From a virus (lineage: Duplodnaviria; Caudoviricetes), in the IMG/VR virus record IMGVR_UViG_2974521131_000001, positions 1-64,000 of that record: a stretch of 64,000 nucleotides of DNA. One strand, given 5' to 3'. The translations under genes and the position numbers were made by a program. The number at the start of each line of letters is the position of its first letter. Position 1 is the first letter of the stretch. The notes beneath the pieces are model-generated. The model had not been told where the DNA came from. It saw only the letters and a list, made by a program, of their open reading frames with translations, and ran no database searches. Of the stretch, positions 28,077 through 37,371 are shown one piece after another.

Positions 28077-29155
28077 GTTGGGGTGCCACGCCTGCCAATC
28101 CCGTTAAGCGGAATCTCCCCAGCTGGTTCGACTCGCCACTGAGCCGGGTGCCGGATCCGGCGCAGAGCTGGTGGGCGCACATCTCCCGCGAGATGAGCCT
28201 GTCGGTGACTCCGATCATCGGTATGTCGGCCATGTCGCGGCGGGCTGCGGAGCTTGGCCTGGTCATCGTTCCCCAGATCGGGATGGACGCACGCGGTGTG
28301 TCGGTTGCCGAGTTCGGCCTGGTGGTCAACCCGGTTATCGGTATGGAGCCTCCTGCTCCGATCCCTGCGGACCTGCGGATCTCGCTGTCGCCGTCGGTAG
28401 CTATGTCGGCCAACGAGCACTACGCCCGTGCCCTGCAGATCGCCACGACTCCTGGTCTCGGGTTCGCTGCAGCAGAACGCTACGCACGGACGTTCGGCAT
28501 CACGATCACTCCGCAGATCGGTGCGACTGCCGGTCAGCATTACCCGGCTTCGTTCACCGCCGAGGCGATCCCGTCTCTGGGATTCGGTGCGAACCTGCGT
28601 CACGCTCCAGAGCTGACGACGATGCCTGGACCGGTCATCCTGGGGACGTACACGATCCCGTGGTGGGCAACGCATGTCGACGTTGTCCTCATCGGCGGTG
28701 GCAGTGGTGGATCGGGTGCGACGATCCTCGCGAACTCCAAGGGTGGCCTTCCTGGTCAGTGGGCGTGGGCCACGGTTGCCCTGGCCAGCTATCCAGGGCT
28801 GACGAGCGTCAGCGTCACCGTTGGTGGCGGCGGAAACGCAGGTACCACGGTCACGAACGCCGGTCCTGGTGGCATCACTTCCGTCATCTCGGGATCAACC
28901 ACATTCCTGTCTGCGAATGGCGGGGCGTCTCCCGGCATCGGTACCGGCGACACCACCGGACAGGCACCCACTACAGGTAACACCAACGGCGGCAAGGACG
29001 TAACGCTCAACGGCCAGCTCTATGTGGGCGGTGCAGCGACCACTACCGGAGTCGGCAATCCACCTGGTGGTGGCGGTCGAGCGGCTTCCGGCTCGTTCTC
29101 GAGCGGTTACAAGGGCGGCGACGGCTGCGCCTTCTTCTACGCGTACAGGGTTTAA
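28073..29155 (+). CDS. Minor tail protein, glycine-rich C-terminus
   Basis: VDVVLIGGGSGG...GGGG...GGDG motifs; GTGA overlap. Confidence 0.85.
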   Translation: MSWGATPANPVKRNLPSWFDSPLSRVPDPAQSWWAHISREMSLSVTPIIGMSAMSRRAAELGLVIVPQIGMDARGVSVAEFGLVVNPVIGMEPPAPIPADLRISLSPSVAMSANEHYARALQIATTPGLGFAAAERYARTFGITITPQIGATAGQHYPASFTAEAIPSLGFGANLRHAPELTTMPGPVILGTYTIPWWATHVDVVLIGGGSGGSGATILANSKGGLPGQWAWATVALASYPGLTSVSVTVGGGGNAGTTVTNAGPGGITSVISGSTTFLSANGGASPGIGTGDTTGQAPTTGNTNGGKDVTLNGQLYVGGAATTTGVGNPPGGGGRAASGSFSSGYKGGDGCAFFYAYRV

Positions 29156-29169
29156 CGAAAGGCTGAAAC

Positions 29170-29514
29170 ATGGGTATTGCCAACCCAACTCACCAGGCGG
29201 CATCGAATGCGATTGCTGCGTTGGGGGCATGGATCTCGGTACACACCGGGGCTGGTGGCGGAACGAACGGTGCGAACGAGGCCACTGGTGGTGGCTATGC
29301 ACGCAAGCTGACCACCTGGACCCCAGGCACGACTGGCACGAATGCTGGCGCTGTCGTGAACATCCCGGTCGCGGCTGGCACGTACACCGAGGGTGGCATC
29401 TGGTCGGCAGCGACTGGTGGCAACTTCGTCGGGTCCGGTGCATTCACTGGCGGCAACGTAATCGTCAGTGGTGCGGGCGCTTCCATCGACATCACTCCGA
29501 ACATCGCAGCGTGA
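29170..29514 (+). CDS. Minor tail protein
   Basis: WISVHTG...GYAR...W motif common in mycobacteriophage tail genes. Confidence 0.7.
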   Translation: MGIANPTHQAASNAIAALGAWISVHTGAGGGTNGANEATGGGYARKLTTWTPGTTGTNAGAVVNIPVAAGTYTEGGIWSAATGGNFVGSGAFTGGNVIVSGAGASIDITPNIAA

Positions 29515-29523
29515 GAGGCGCAC

Positions 29524-29784
29524 ATGTACCACGTACAAACTGATCACCAGGTCGTCGGCTTCGGTGTTGATCACATGAAGTTGTTCGACGCCCGAACTGG
29601 GGAGCCTCTCGTCTCGACCACTCGCGTCGATGGCGTGTGGACCGTTGAAGCTATTGGCGTTCCGAACGTAACGGCAGAGGATCGCCCCGGCGCATTGACG
29701 GCGATGACTGAGCAGGCACTCGCATCTCTCGGCGGCACTGGCTACTCGACGCTGATCCCTCACGAGCTGTGGGAGATGGACTGA
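29524..29784 (+). CDS. Hypothetical protein (tail region)
   Basis: GAGG RBS; high GC3. Confidence 0.7.
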   Translation: MYHVQTDHQVVGFGVDHMKLFDARTGEPLVSTTRVDGVWTVEAIGVPNVTAEDRPGALTAMTEQALASLGGTGYSTLIPHELWEMD

Positions 29785-30101
29785 TGTGGCCTGAACTGTT
29801 CGGAATGTTCGGCGGCATCGCTGGCACGGGTGGCCTCGCTGTCGTCATGTGGCAGAGCGTATTCCGTCCGAAGGTACCTCAGATCACGGAGACCGAAGCG
29901 GTCCAGAAGCTGTCGGCGGCGATCCGTGAGGAGATCCGCAAGGAGAACGCGGAGCTGAGGAAGCGCATGGAGGTCGTGGTGACGGCGGTCGTCGGCCTGG
30001 TGGACCTGCTGGACGACTTGTTCCCGAAGATCACCGGTTTGACCGACGAAGAGCGAATTGCATTGCGCCACAAGATCAACCTCGCCAAGTTGACGACTTG
30101 A
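29784..30101 (+). CDS. Membrane protein with coiled coil
   Basis: N-terminal TM then helical region; TGATG overlap. Confidence 0.7.
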   Translation: MWPELFGMFGGIAGTGGLAVVMWQSVFRPKVPQITETEAVQKLSAAIREEIRKENAELRKRMEVVVTAVVGLVDLLDDLFPKITGLTDEERIALRHKINLAKLTT

Positions 30102-30123
30102 CGTACAATTGAAAGAGGACTAG

Positions 30124-31119
30124 ATGGGTAGCTTTAAGCCCCTCGTCCCAGTTCGCAGCAACCGACCCCTCGAGCTTCAGCGCGGTAATCCGCTGCGCTA
30201 CCGCTACACGCTGGCCGGTAATCGGGAGTTCCCACTCGGGACCACTGCGCTGCTGACTGTGGCTAACACCTACGGCCAGACCGTCGGTGCCTACGTCGGT
30301 GTTGTTGACGGCAAGTATATCGATTTCGCTGAGGCAGCGGACATCTCGGATACGTTGGCCCGCACTGACTCGTGGCAGCTGTTCGTGACGTACCCCGGCG
30401 AGACTATGCCTACCCTACTGGAGCAGGGCCAGGTCATCCGCATCGAGGCTCCATACCCCGACGCACCGCCGCAGTCGAGCGAGTTCGACGGCGTGGCCTA
30501 CGAGTACCACTTCGGCACGCCTGGCCTGCTGACCGATCCCGCATGGCGGATCATGAACGGTCACCCACGCGTGTACGACAACTCGCTGCGTGGCTATCCG
30601 AACGCTGTCGCCGCTGGCACTCTGCTGACCGATCTCACGCCGTGGGCTGACGTGGCGATGTTGTGGTTTGCACCGCTGCAGACTGACGCAGTTCGGTTGA
30701 CGTACAACACGATTCGTGCCCACGACAACAGCAATGGCGAGATGTGGACCGTCATTTGCTCGAACTACGACATGTCGAACTGGGCCGGGTTCCATCACAA
30801 GCAGGTGTTCGGCATCGGCGACTGGGACTCCGACACCATCTCGGTCGTAACCGGCACTGGGCCAACGACGTTCGTTAATCGCGCCAGCGCGTCGAAGGAC
30901 ACGCAGGACAACCAGATCTACACCGCTGAGTTCAACCCGATCACCAACACATTCACGCTCTACGTGGGCACTGACATGACTCCCGTTGTGTCGTGGACTG
31001 ATTCGACCAGTGTGGTCGACCACGGCCCCGGTGAGCGCTATGTCGGGTTCGGCTTCAAGTCGACCATCTTGGATGCCGGTGTGCAGGTGTCGGACTGGAT
31101 CATCGCTGACACCCCATGA
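30124..31119 (+). CDS. Minor tail protein (LtfC-like)
   Basis: L.RG...FPLGT..LL...IIEQG..IR N-terminal module then beta-rich domain. Confidence 0.65.
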   Translation: MGSFKPLVPVRSNRPLELQRGNPLRYRYTLAGNREFPLGTTALLTVANTYGQTVGAYVGVVDGKYIDFAEAADISDTLARTDSWQLFVTYPGETMPTLLEQGQVIRIEAPYPDAPPQSSEFDGVAYEYHFGTPGLLTDPAWRIMNGHPRVYDNSLRGYPNAVAAGTLLTDLTPWADVAMLWFAPLQTDAVRLTYNTIRAHDNSNGEMWTVICSNYDMSNWAGFHHKQVFGIGDWDSDTISVVTGTGPTTFVNRASASKDTQDNQIYTAEFNPITNTFTLYVGTDMTPVVSWTDSTSVVDHGPGERYVGFGFKSTILDAGVQVSDWIIADTP

Positions 31120-31172
31120 CAAGTTTCGGGCATTTTCTTTGCATGTCCCACGGACATTGAAAGTTTCTTACA

Positions 31173-32588
31173 TTGAGCTTCACCAAGTTTCTCTATGACG
31201 ATCCGCTGATCACTCGCGAGCAGGCGATGAAGGTGCTGATCCAGGTCGCCGACGAGCTGGACATGCCCGACAAGAAGGGTGCCTGCATCATCGCGGGCAT
31301 GACGGTCTCCCAGGAGGCCGGTGTCGAGGACGGCGATGCACCGTTCGAGCGCCGCTTCTGGTGTCCCGCCAACCCCGCTGATCCCGAGTCGTTCAACTAC
31401 GCGCACGACTCCGAGTCCAACGATGGCCGCTCGGTTGGCTACTTCCAGCAGCAGAAGGGTCCGAAGGGCGAGCTGTGGTGGGGGACCACCCAGTCGGAGA
31501 TGGATCTGCATTCTGCTGCAACGCAGTTCATGACCCGTCTCAAGAAGGTCGGCTACAACGCATCGAACGCTGACGCGGCGAACAACTCGGCGCAGTCGGT
31601 GCAGCAGTCGGGTGTGCCGTGGGCGTACGCCCAGTGGTGGGGCGACATCAACCAGCTGTACGCCAAGGTGGCCGGTACTGCACCTGTGGCCGTGCCCGAG
31701 GGCCGGTTCTTCGAAGAGATCAACCTGATCGACGGCAGCGGCTCGCAGTCGCGCAACGGCAAGAAGCCACGCCTGATCGTCCTCCACACCGAGGAGGGCA
31801 ACATGGCTGGCCAGGCCCTGGACGAGTGGATGGACCGCAACAACGTGTCCTACCACTACATCATCGGGAACGACAACCGCGCATGGGATCTCGTTGATAC
31901 CGACCGGGCCTCGTGGTCGGTTCTAGATGCGAACAACTTCTGCATCAACTACGTGTTCGCGCCGTCGTACGCGGGATGGACCCGCCAGCAGTGGCTGGAC
32001 AACATGGGCACCGGCATCAAGATCTGCGCCTACCTGGTTGCTCAGGACTGCCTGAAGTACAACATCGAACCCGTTATCCGCGTGGGCAATTCGGCCACCG
32101 GTTACGCGAGCCTGCCGAACAGCAGCGGCATCACCGATCACTACGGGATCACCAAGGGCCTCGGCATCGGCACTCACACCGATGTCGGCGGCGGATTCCC
32201 GTGGGACGTATTCAACACCTACCTGCAGAAGTACCTCGCAGGCGACACGGAGGACGACATGTTCACTGACACTGACCGCGCCATGGTGCAGCGGATCTTC
32301 TTCGAGCTGACCAACAAGTGGGAGTCCCGCTCGATCTACCGCGAGCCGGGGGAGGGACCGGTCGACACCCTCGTGGGCATGCTGCTCAACGACGACGGCA
32401 TGGAGCACAGCGAGCTGATCGAACGCCTTGCGGTGCTGGGTGATTCGGATGCCATTCGTCGCGTACGCCGGTCGGCTGCGGGCAAGGGTGCGGTGACCGA
32501 CAAGGCCACTGTCGCTCGGGCGAAGAAGGTCTTCCAGTCGATCCCCGAGGAGATCATGGCCGCATACAAGGAAGAGGTAGGCGAGTGA
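31173..32588 (+). CDS. lysA: Lysin A (endolysin)
   Basis: N-terminal GYFQQQ...WWG domain, central Amidase_2-like domain (IVLHTEEG, SYHY, HTDVG). Confidence 0.9.
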   Translation: MSFTKFLYDDPLITREQAMKVLIQVADELDMPDKKGACIIAGMTVSQEAGVEDGDAPFERRFWCPANPADPESFNYAHDSESNDGRSVGYFQQQKGPKGELWWGTTQSEMDLHSAATQFMTRLKKVGYNASNADAANNSAQSVQQSGVPWAYAQWWGDINQLYAKVAGTAPVAVPEGRFFEEINLIDGSGSQSRNGKKPRLIVLHTEEGNMAGQALDEWMDRNNVSYHYIIGNDNRAWDLVDTDRASWSVLDANNFCINYVFAPSYAGWTRQQWLDNMGTGIKICAYLVAQDCLKYNIEPVIRVGNSATGYASLPNSSGITDHYGITKGLGIGTHTDVGGGFPWDVFNTYLQKYLAGDTEDDMFTDTDRAMVQRIFFELTNKWESRSIYREPGEGPVDTLVGMLLNDDGMEHSELIERLAVLGDSDAIRRVRRSAAGKGAVTDKATVARAKKVFQSIPEEIMAAYKEEVGE

Positions 32589-32776
32589 AGAAGAAGCTGA
32601 TCGGAATGATCTTCGCGGCAGTGTGGCCGCACATCGAGCCGCTGGTCGAGGAGAAGCTGATCGAGATGCTCGACGGGATGATCCCCGACGAGGTGAAGGC
32701 GATCCTTCCAGACGGTGGCGACTTGAACGAGTTCATCGGCGACATCGGCAAGTTCATCGGAGGCCTGATGCGATGA
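32585..32776 (+). CDS. Small lysis-cassette protein
   Basis: GTGA overlap; amphipathic. Confidence 0.65.
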   Translation: MKKKLIGMIFAAVWPHIEPLVEEKLIEMLDGMIPDEVKAILPDGGDLNEFIGDIGKFIGGLMR

Positions 32777-33099
32777 AGCTAGCTGAGGTCAAGAAGGCTG
32801 CCGCCGCTGGTGCTACCGCGCTGGCCGGTATGGAGGGTCTGGCAGCGATGCTTGAGGCGTCGACTACCCACCCATGGCTTCACGCTGTGGCCGTAGGGTT
32901 TTCGGTTCTCGTGACCGCTGCGACGTGGGCGGTTCGCAACAAGGCGACCATCGATCAGATCTTCGATGAGTTCGACACGGACCCCGAGATCGCGAAGGCG
33001 GTCATCGAGAAGGCGACGGACGACCCGTACGCCGCACAGGCTGCGCTGGAGAAGCATCCGACTCTCGCAGAGCAGCTCATCGCGTCCTACAAGGACTGA
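32773..33099 (+). CDS. Holin
   Basis: Two hydrophobic helices ending WAVRNK; between lysA and lysB. Confidence 0.75.
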   Translation: MKLAEVKKAAAAGATALAGMEGLAAMLEASTTHPWLHAVAVGFSVLVTAATWAVRNKATIDQIFDEFDTDPEIAKAVIEKATDDPYAAQAALEKHPTLAEQLIASYKD

Positions 33100-33167
33100 C
33101 AAGCACGAAACAGGAACGGGCTCACCTCGTTTGGTGGGTCCGTTTCTTCTGCCTTGAAGGAGGCACT

Positions 33168-34145
33168 ATGGCATGGATCGGTTGGCAGGAAGGCATGGAG
33201 GGCCTGCCCGTTCTGGCCGCTATCGGCGAGCTGCGAGCGAAGTTCTCGTACGGCAAGCAGCTGGGTTTGACCAAGAAGTTCACCCCCGCACTGACGGAGG
33301 CCGTGAAGACGTTCCAGCGCAACAAGGGCGGGCTACGCACCGACGGCGTGCTGGACTACGAGACCCAGAAGGCTCTGGGCGTCCTGGAGGCGCTGAAGCC
33401 GTGGCTGTTCACGGTGGCCGGTACTGGCGCGTTCTGGGATGCCGGATACCCGGCTGACATCGCCCGTGCGGTAGCGGATCTGTACCGCTGGCAGGGCGTG
33501 AACTACCCGGCGACTGCGTTCCCCATGGGCGACTCGGTCGATGCGGGTATTGCTGAGCTGGTCAAGCTGATCAAGCAGCGTCTCGACCGCTACCCTGCGG
33601 CGAAGTTCGTCATGATCGGCTACTCACAGGGCGCGATTGTCACGTCGATGGTGTGGAAGCGCTACATCAAGGGCACCTCGCTCGAGGAGCGCATCATCGG
33701 CTCGATCACATACGGCAACCCGTGCCGCGAGCTGGGTGTGGCGAATGGCAATGTGGCAGAGGGTATTCCGGTTCCCGAGGGCCGTGGAATCGCCGACGAC
33801 CGCCTGCAGTCAACGCCATTGTGGTGGTACGATTTTGCTCACGGAGCTAACTCTCCGTTTGGCCGTGACATCTACACGGACACCCCCGATGACGACGCTG
33901 GCGAGATGATGACCGCCGTGTACCGGGCGGTGCAGAAGTTGAAGAACCTATGGAGCGGTGTGGACTCCATCCTGGAACAGGTCGGCGAGATCATCAAGCG
34001 CCCAATTCCAGAGATCTACGCGGCGTTCCGCGCAATCGTCTATGGCGGTCAGTTCGTGACCACGCAGCCGTGGGCCACCTATCCGCACACGAATTACACC
34101 ATCGATCACGCGGTCGCGATTCTTCGTCGTATCGCTAAGAACTGA
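33168..34145 (+). CDS. lysB: Lysin B (cutinase-like esterase)
   Basis: N-terminal peptidoglycan-binding module (AVKTFQRNKGGLRTDG); GYSQG; YGNP. Confidence 0.92.
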   Translation: MAWIGWQEGMEGLPVLAAIGELRAKFSYGKQLGLTKKFTPALTEAVKTFQRNKGGLRTDGVLDYETQKALGVLEALKPWLFTVAGTGAFWDAGYPADIARAVADLYRWQGVNYPATAFPMGDSVDAGIAELVKLIKQRLDRYPAAKFVMIGYSQGAIVTSMVWKRYIKGTSLEERIIGSITYGNPCRELGVANGNVAEGIPVPEGRGIADDRLQSTPLWWYDFAHGANSPFGRDIYTDTPDDDAGEMMTAVYRAVQKLKNLWSGVDSILEQVGEIIKRPIPEIYAAFRAIVYGGQFVTTQPWATYPHTNYTIDHAVAILRRIAKN

Positions 34146-34154
34146 ACGGATTAC

Positions 34155-34406
34155 ATGAGCGTCACTGTCTATACAACCGGCCCCGATTGCCACAAGTGCA
34201 ACCTGACGAAGCGGGCGCTAGCGAAGGGAGGGATTCCCTTCACTGAGGTGCTGCTGGCAGATGAACCTGAGACTGCGCAGCGGTTCCGAGATAGCGGGAT
34301 GATGATCGCCCCGGTGGTCGTCACGGACACGGAGACATGGTTCGACTTCCGCATCGACAAGATCCGCGAACTGGTCAAGGCTCACGGCAGTCGCGCTGCC
34401 GCCTGA
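34155..34406 (+). CDS. nrdH: NrdH-like glutaredoxin
   Basis: VYTTGPDCHKC, APVVV, WFDFRIDKI. Confidence 0.88.
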   Translation: MSVTVYTTGPDCHKCNLTKRALAKGGIPFTEVLLADEPETAQRFRDSGMMIAPVVVTDTETWFDFRIDKIRELVKAHGSRAAA

Positions 34407-34421
34407 TTTGCCCCAGGAACG

Positions 34422-34462
34422 ACGAAACCCCCACACCCGGTATGGATGTGGGGGTTTTTCGT
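34422..34462. terminator. Bidirectional terminator between convergent operons
   Basis: ACGAAACCCCCACA pairs with TGTGGGGGTTTTTCGT. Confidence 0.85.
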
Positions 34463-34620
34463 TAGAAGGGATCTGAGGCCCAGTCGCGCATGAAGTCCGA
34501 GAGATCGCTCCACGTACGACGGCGATCCTTTGTCCACGCGACGAACTCGAGATCGTCACTGAGCTTGACCCTGGCCGACCAGAATCCGCGTGCGAACTCC
34601 TCGGAGACGACCGGCGTCAC
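34462..34620 (-). CDS. Hypothetical protein
   Basis: GTGA overlap start, MTPVVSEEF... Confidence 0.55.
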   Translation of the reverse strand: MTPVVSEEFARGFWSARVKLSDDLEFVAWTKDRRRTWSDLSDFMRDWASDPF

Positions 34621-34796
34621 AGCAAGTCGCTCTCCAGTTGACGGCAGGACGCTTCGACCCGCGCCTCCATGCACTTCGGGCACAGCCACGCCTTCCAGAA
34701 CTCGTACCACTTCAGTGGCCGCTTCTTCGTCGGACAGCCGTAGCAGTGAACCGTCTCGCGAGTCTCGCCGCCCGCGTACTGGATGGTTCCGCTCAT
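34617..34796 (-). CDS. Zinc-ribbon protein (59 aa, below ORF-track cutoff)
   Basis: AGGGAG RBS; CYGC...CPKC. Confidence 0.7.
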   Translation of the reverse strand: MSGTIQYAGGETRETVHCYGCPTKKRPLKWYEFWKAWLCPKCMEARVEASCRQLESDLL

Positions 34797-34811
34797 TGCA
34801 ATCTCCCTATG

Positions 34812-35036
34812 TCAGTAGGCCCCAGGCAGGGGCTCAACCTTGCTGACCGCCTTCTCCTTGCCCTCATGGGCGAGAGCGCGGTTGAAGTACATGCACATGT
34901 TCTGGGCGATCTTGAGACTCACCGCGTGGGCGACGACGACGATCTTCTCGTCTGGCCGCCCCTCGCGGTTGTACTCACAGACCTCCACACCCTTGACCGT
35001 TGTCCGGCCAGGGTGGTAGCGGTACCAGTCGGCCAA
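34812..35036 (-). CDS. Hypothetical protein
   Basis: Packed ORF with high GC3. Confidence 0.65.
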   Translation of the reverse strand: MADWYRYHPGRTTVKGVEVCEYNREGRPDEKIVVVAHAVSLKIAQNMCMYFNRALAHEGKEKAVSKVEPLPGAY

Positions 35037-35038
35037 CG

Positions 35039-35434
35039 TCAGCGGATTTCGATGTCGGGGAGGATGGTCGTCGGCTTGAACGTGACGTGGTAGTAGTCCG
35101 TCGACACATTCGCGGCGTCGACCTGCTCCACGAAGTAGGAGACGTTGTCACTCAGGCCGAGGAAGTGCTTCTTGTAGCCGTCGCCTACCTTGCAGGTGAC
35201 ATCGAGCTTCTTCGACATGGTGTCAGGGGTGATCGAGCACCGACCCTCGATGGTCAGCAGGTACTTGTCGGTGATGCCGTTGAAGAACGTGATGCGGCGG
35301 GCGATCTTGAAGTTGTCGGCATCCTGGGACAGGTTCTGCGAGGCCAGGTTGGCATCGGTGTCCTGACACGCCGACAGGGTGGTGATGGCTGCGGCGGCGA
35401 CGAGGGTGGCGGCGGCGATCTTCTTGAGGCTCAT
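35039..35434 (-). CDS. Lipoprotein (family often labelled recombination directionality factor)
   Basis: Lipobox LSAC; ASQNLSQDADNF..RRITFFNGITDKYLLTIEGRCSI. Confidence 0.75.
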   Translation of the reverse strand: MSLKKIAAATLVAAAAITTLSACQDTDANLASQNLSQDADNFKIARRITFFNGITDKYLLTIEGRCSITPDTMSKKLDVTCKVGDGYKKHFLGLSDNVSYFVEQVDAANVSTDYYHVTFKPTTILPDIEIR

Positions 35435-36060
35435 AGGTTCTCTTCCATTTGGCGAAGCAGGTTGATGCGGGCGACGAGTTCGTCAGGCTTGAACTCCGTG
35501 TACAGGCCCTTCAGTGACGGTGGCTCGTCGGCCTGAGTGAATGTGTGCGTCGGATAGTCCAGTGGGACAACGTCCTCGTACTGCGCCAGGACGATGCAGG
35601 TCTCCCGCGCCCCGACCGAGATCGTGTGCAGCTCGGGTGCTGACATGTAGTACTGGCTACCCGGCCAGTTGAGCGTCAGGTTCCGCGTGTTCACCAGCAG
35701 TGCAGAGTCGCCGTCGGCGGTGAATCCGTTCCCGCCATTGAGCGGGGTCATCCACTCGAAGATGTTGAACCACTCGGCGGCAAGCATGGTGCCGGGGCTG
35801 GCCTGCGCGTACCACTTGTTCGTGATCCGGCCAGACATCAGCTGCGTGGTGAAGTGGTAGCGGTGATCGTGGGGGTTGATCACCTCGCCCAGCTTCTGCG
35901 ACTCCATGCCGTCAGCGAAGAAGTACGCCTTCAGTGTCAGTCCTGAATCACGGTGCAGGCACAGGTAGTCCAGGCCCTTGGCGTGGAAGTCCTTGAACGA
36001 GTGCTCCAGCAGCTCGTCCACGTCCAGGTCATCCCAGACGATGTCGGCGAGAAGGCTCAA
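35431..36060 (-). CDS. Cupin-fold protein
   Basis: TTGA overlap start; NPHDHRYHF...ELHTI metal-binding pattern. Confidence 0.65.
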   Translation of the reverse strand: MSLLADIVWDDLDVDELLEHSFKDFHAKGLDYLCLHRDSGLTLKAYFFADGMESQKLGEVINPHDHRYHFTTQLMSGRITNKWYAQASPGTMLAAEWFNIFEWMTPLNGGNGFTADGDSALLVNTRNLTLNWPGSQYYMSAPELHTISVGARETCIVLAQYEDVVPLDYPTHTFTQADEPPSLKGLYTEFKPDELVARINLLRQMEENL

Positions 36061-36251
36061 CGTGGCCTCGCAGTGATCGTGACGGCATCCGGCCACGACT
36101 CACGGAAGTCGCTGTAACCCTTCGTGATCTGCAGGTCGAGCGTGGCAGTGGTGCGGACGCCGATCTCCTTGGCCTGCGCGACGAACTGCTCCATGTCGGC
36201 CAGAGTCAGTGGGCTGGACAGCCGGATCTCGTGGGTGATGTTGACGGTCAT
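36057..36251 (-). CDS. Hypothetical protein
   Basis: ATGA overlap. Confidence 0.65.
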   Translation of the reverse strand: MTVNITHEIRLSSPLTLADMEQFVAQAKEIGVRTTATLDLQITKGYSDFRESWPDAVTITARPR

Positions 36252-36466
36252 CCGAGGGGGATCCCGAATCCGACGCCACCGGTCGCGGGGTCGATGTACA
36301 TCCCGCCACCCATGTCGATGCCGATGCCACCCTTCGGGGTGAGCACGATGCCACCACCGCCCGTTGCCGGGGATGGATCCATACCGCCGTCGGTCGACGG
36401 GTCACACGCAGTCGCCCCGAGGATCACGCCCACGGCGGCGAGGCCGAGAAGAATCTTCTTGGTCAT
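36248..36466 (-). CDS. Gly-rich lipoprotein
   Basis: Lipobox ATAC; ATGA overlap. Confidence 0.7.
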   Translation of the reverse strand: MTKKILLGLAAVGVILGATACDPSTDGGMDPSPATGGGGIVLTPKGGIGIDMGGGMYIDPATGGVGFGIPLG

Positions 36467-36777
36467 TCCGGCACCTTCGTCAGTCGGATGAAGCTGTTGA
36501 TGTTGTTGAACCTGTTGAGACACAGCGCACAGGCGATGGTTCCGGTGCTCTCAACCCGCGAACGCCACGACGGGTACAGCTTCATGGCGTTCTCCCAGTG
36601 GTTCTTGCACAACCACCCCTGGTTGCACGTGTGGAACTCCTGGTACCCGGCGATGGGGCCACCGCACGGCACCTTGTCCTTGTGCCGACTGCAGCAGTCC
36701 AGCTCCTCGAACGTCCCGTTGATCATCGACTCGATGTCGACATCGATCTCAACGTCAGGCAGTGTCGCTGTCGGCAT
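36463..36777 (-). CDS. Cys-rich hypothetical protein
   Basis: Multiple Cys/His including CALC. Confidence 0.7.
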   Translation of the reverse strand: MPTATLPDVEIDVDIESMINGTFEELDCCSRHKDKVPCGGPIAGYQEFHTCNQGWLCKNHWENAMKLYPSWRSRVESTGTIACALCLNRFNNINSFIRLTKVPE

Positions 36778-37045
36778 CGTCTTCCTTGATCGAGTAGTTC
36801 TGTTGGAACACTTCGTCGGTCATGACGACCCAGCCGTTGGACTCCTGGACCAGCCAGTCGCCTTCGTAGGCCTTCCTGCCCTGCAGGTCACCCGGTGGGG
36901 TGAGTGCGATGTGCAGGAACTTGCGCGTGTGCGGGTGCTGGATCGAGCGGGCGAACGGGACCGCGTCAGCTACCCGCTTGAAGGGGCGGGCCACCTGAAT
37001 GGCCCGCACCTCCGTCGGGTTGTGAACGTAGGTCTCGAGGCTCAC
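36755..37045 (-). CDS. PGDYG-like hypothetical protein
   Basis: AIQV...EGDWLVQ...VFQQNY; GTGA overlap. Confidence 0.65.
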   Translation of the reverse strand: MSLETYVHNPTEVRAIQVARPFKRVADAVPFARSIQHPHTRKFLHIALTPPGDLQGRKAYEGDWLVQESNGWVVMTDEVFQQNYSIKEDDADSDTA

Positions 37046-37371
37046 GGGATCGCGACGAGCCCATCTGCGATGAACTGCTCGGCGGGCAGCGCCCACACGT
37101 TCTTGTCGCGGTCACGGATGACGTAGTCGCCGGGGAACATCCCCGCCACCCTGCCGTTCTGATGCACGGACACAGCGACCAGGTGGCCGTCGTCGGCGAA
37201 CTCGACAACCATCGCGGTGTGCAGCTTCTCGCGCTCCGCGTCCAGCGACAGCAGGTGGGTGATGGTGCCCAGGTTGGCACCGGTCACCTTGACGCCCTCG
37301 CCGAATGGCATCAGCTGGCCGATGCGCTTGAGTCCGGTCGGTTCGTTCAGCTTGCTCTTCTTCTTGCTCAT
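37042..37371 (-). CDS. PGDYG-like hypothetical protein
   Basis: PGDYVIRD...WALPAEQF. Confidence 0.65.
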   Translation of the reverse strand: MSKKKSKLNEPTGLKRIGQLMPFGEGVKVTGANLGTITHLLSLDAEREKLHTAMVVEFADDGHLVAVSVHQNGRVAGMFPGDYVIRDRDKNVWALPAEQFIADGLVAIP

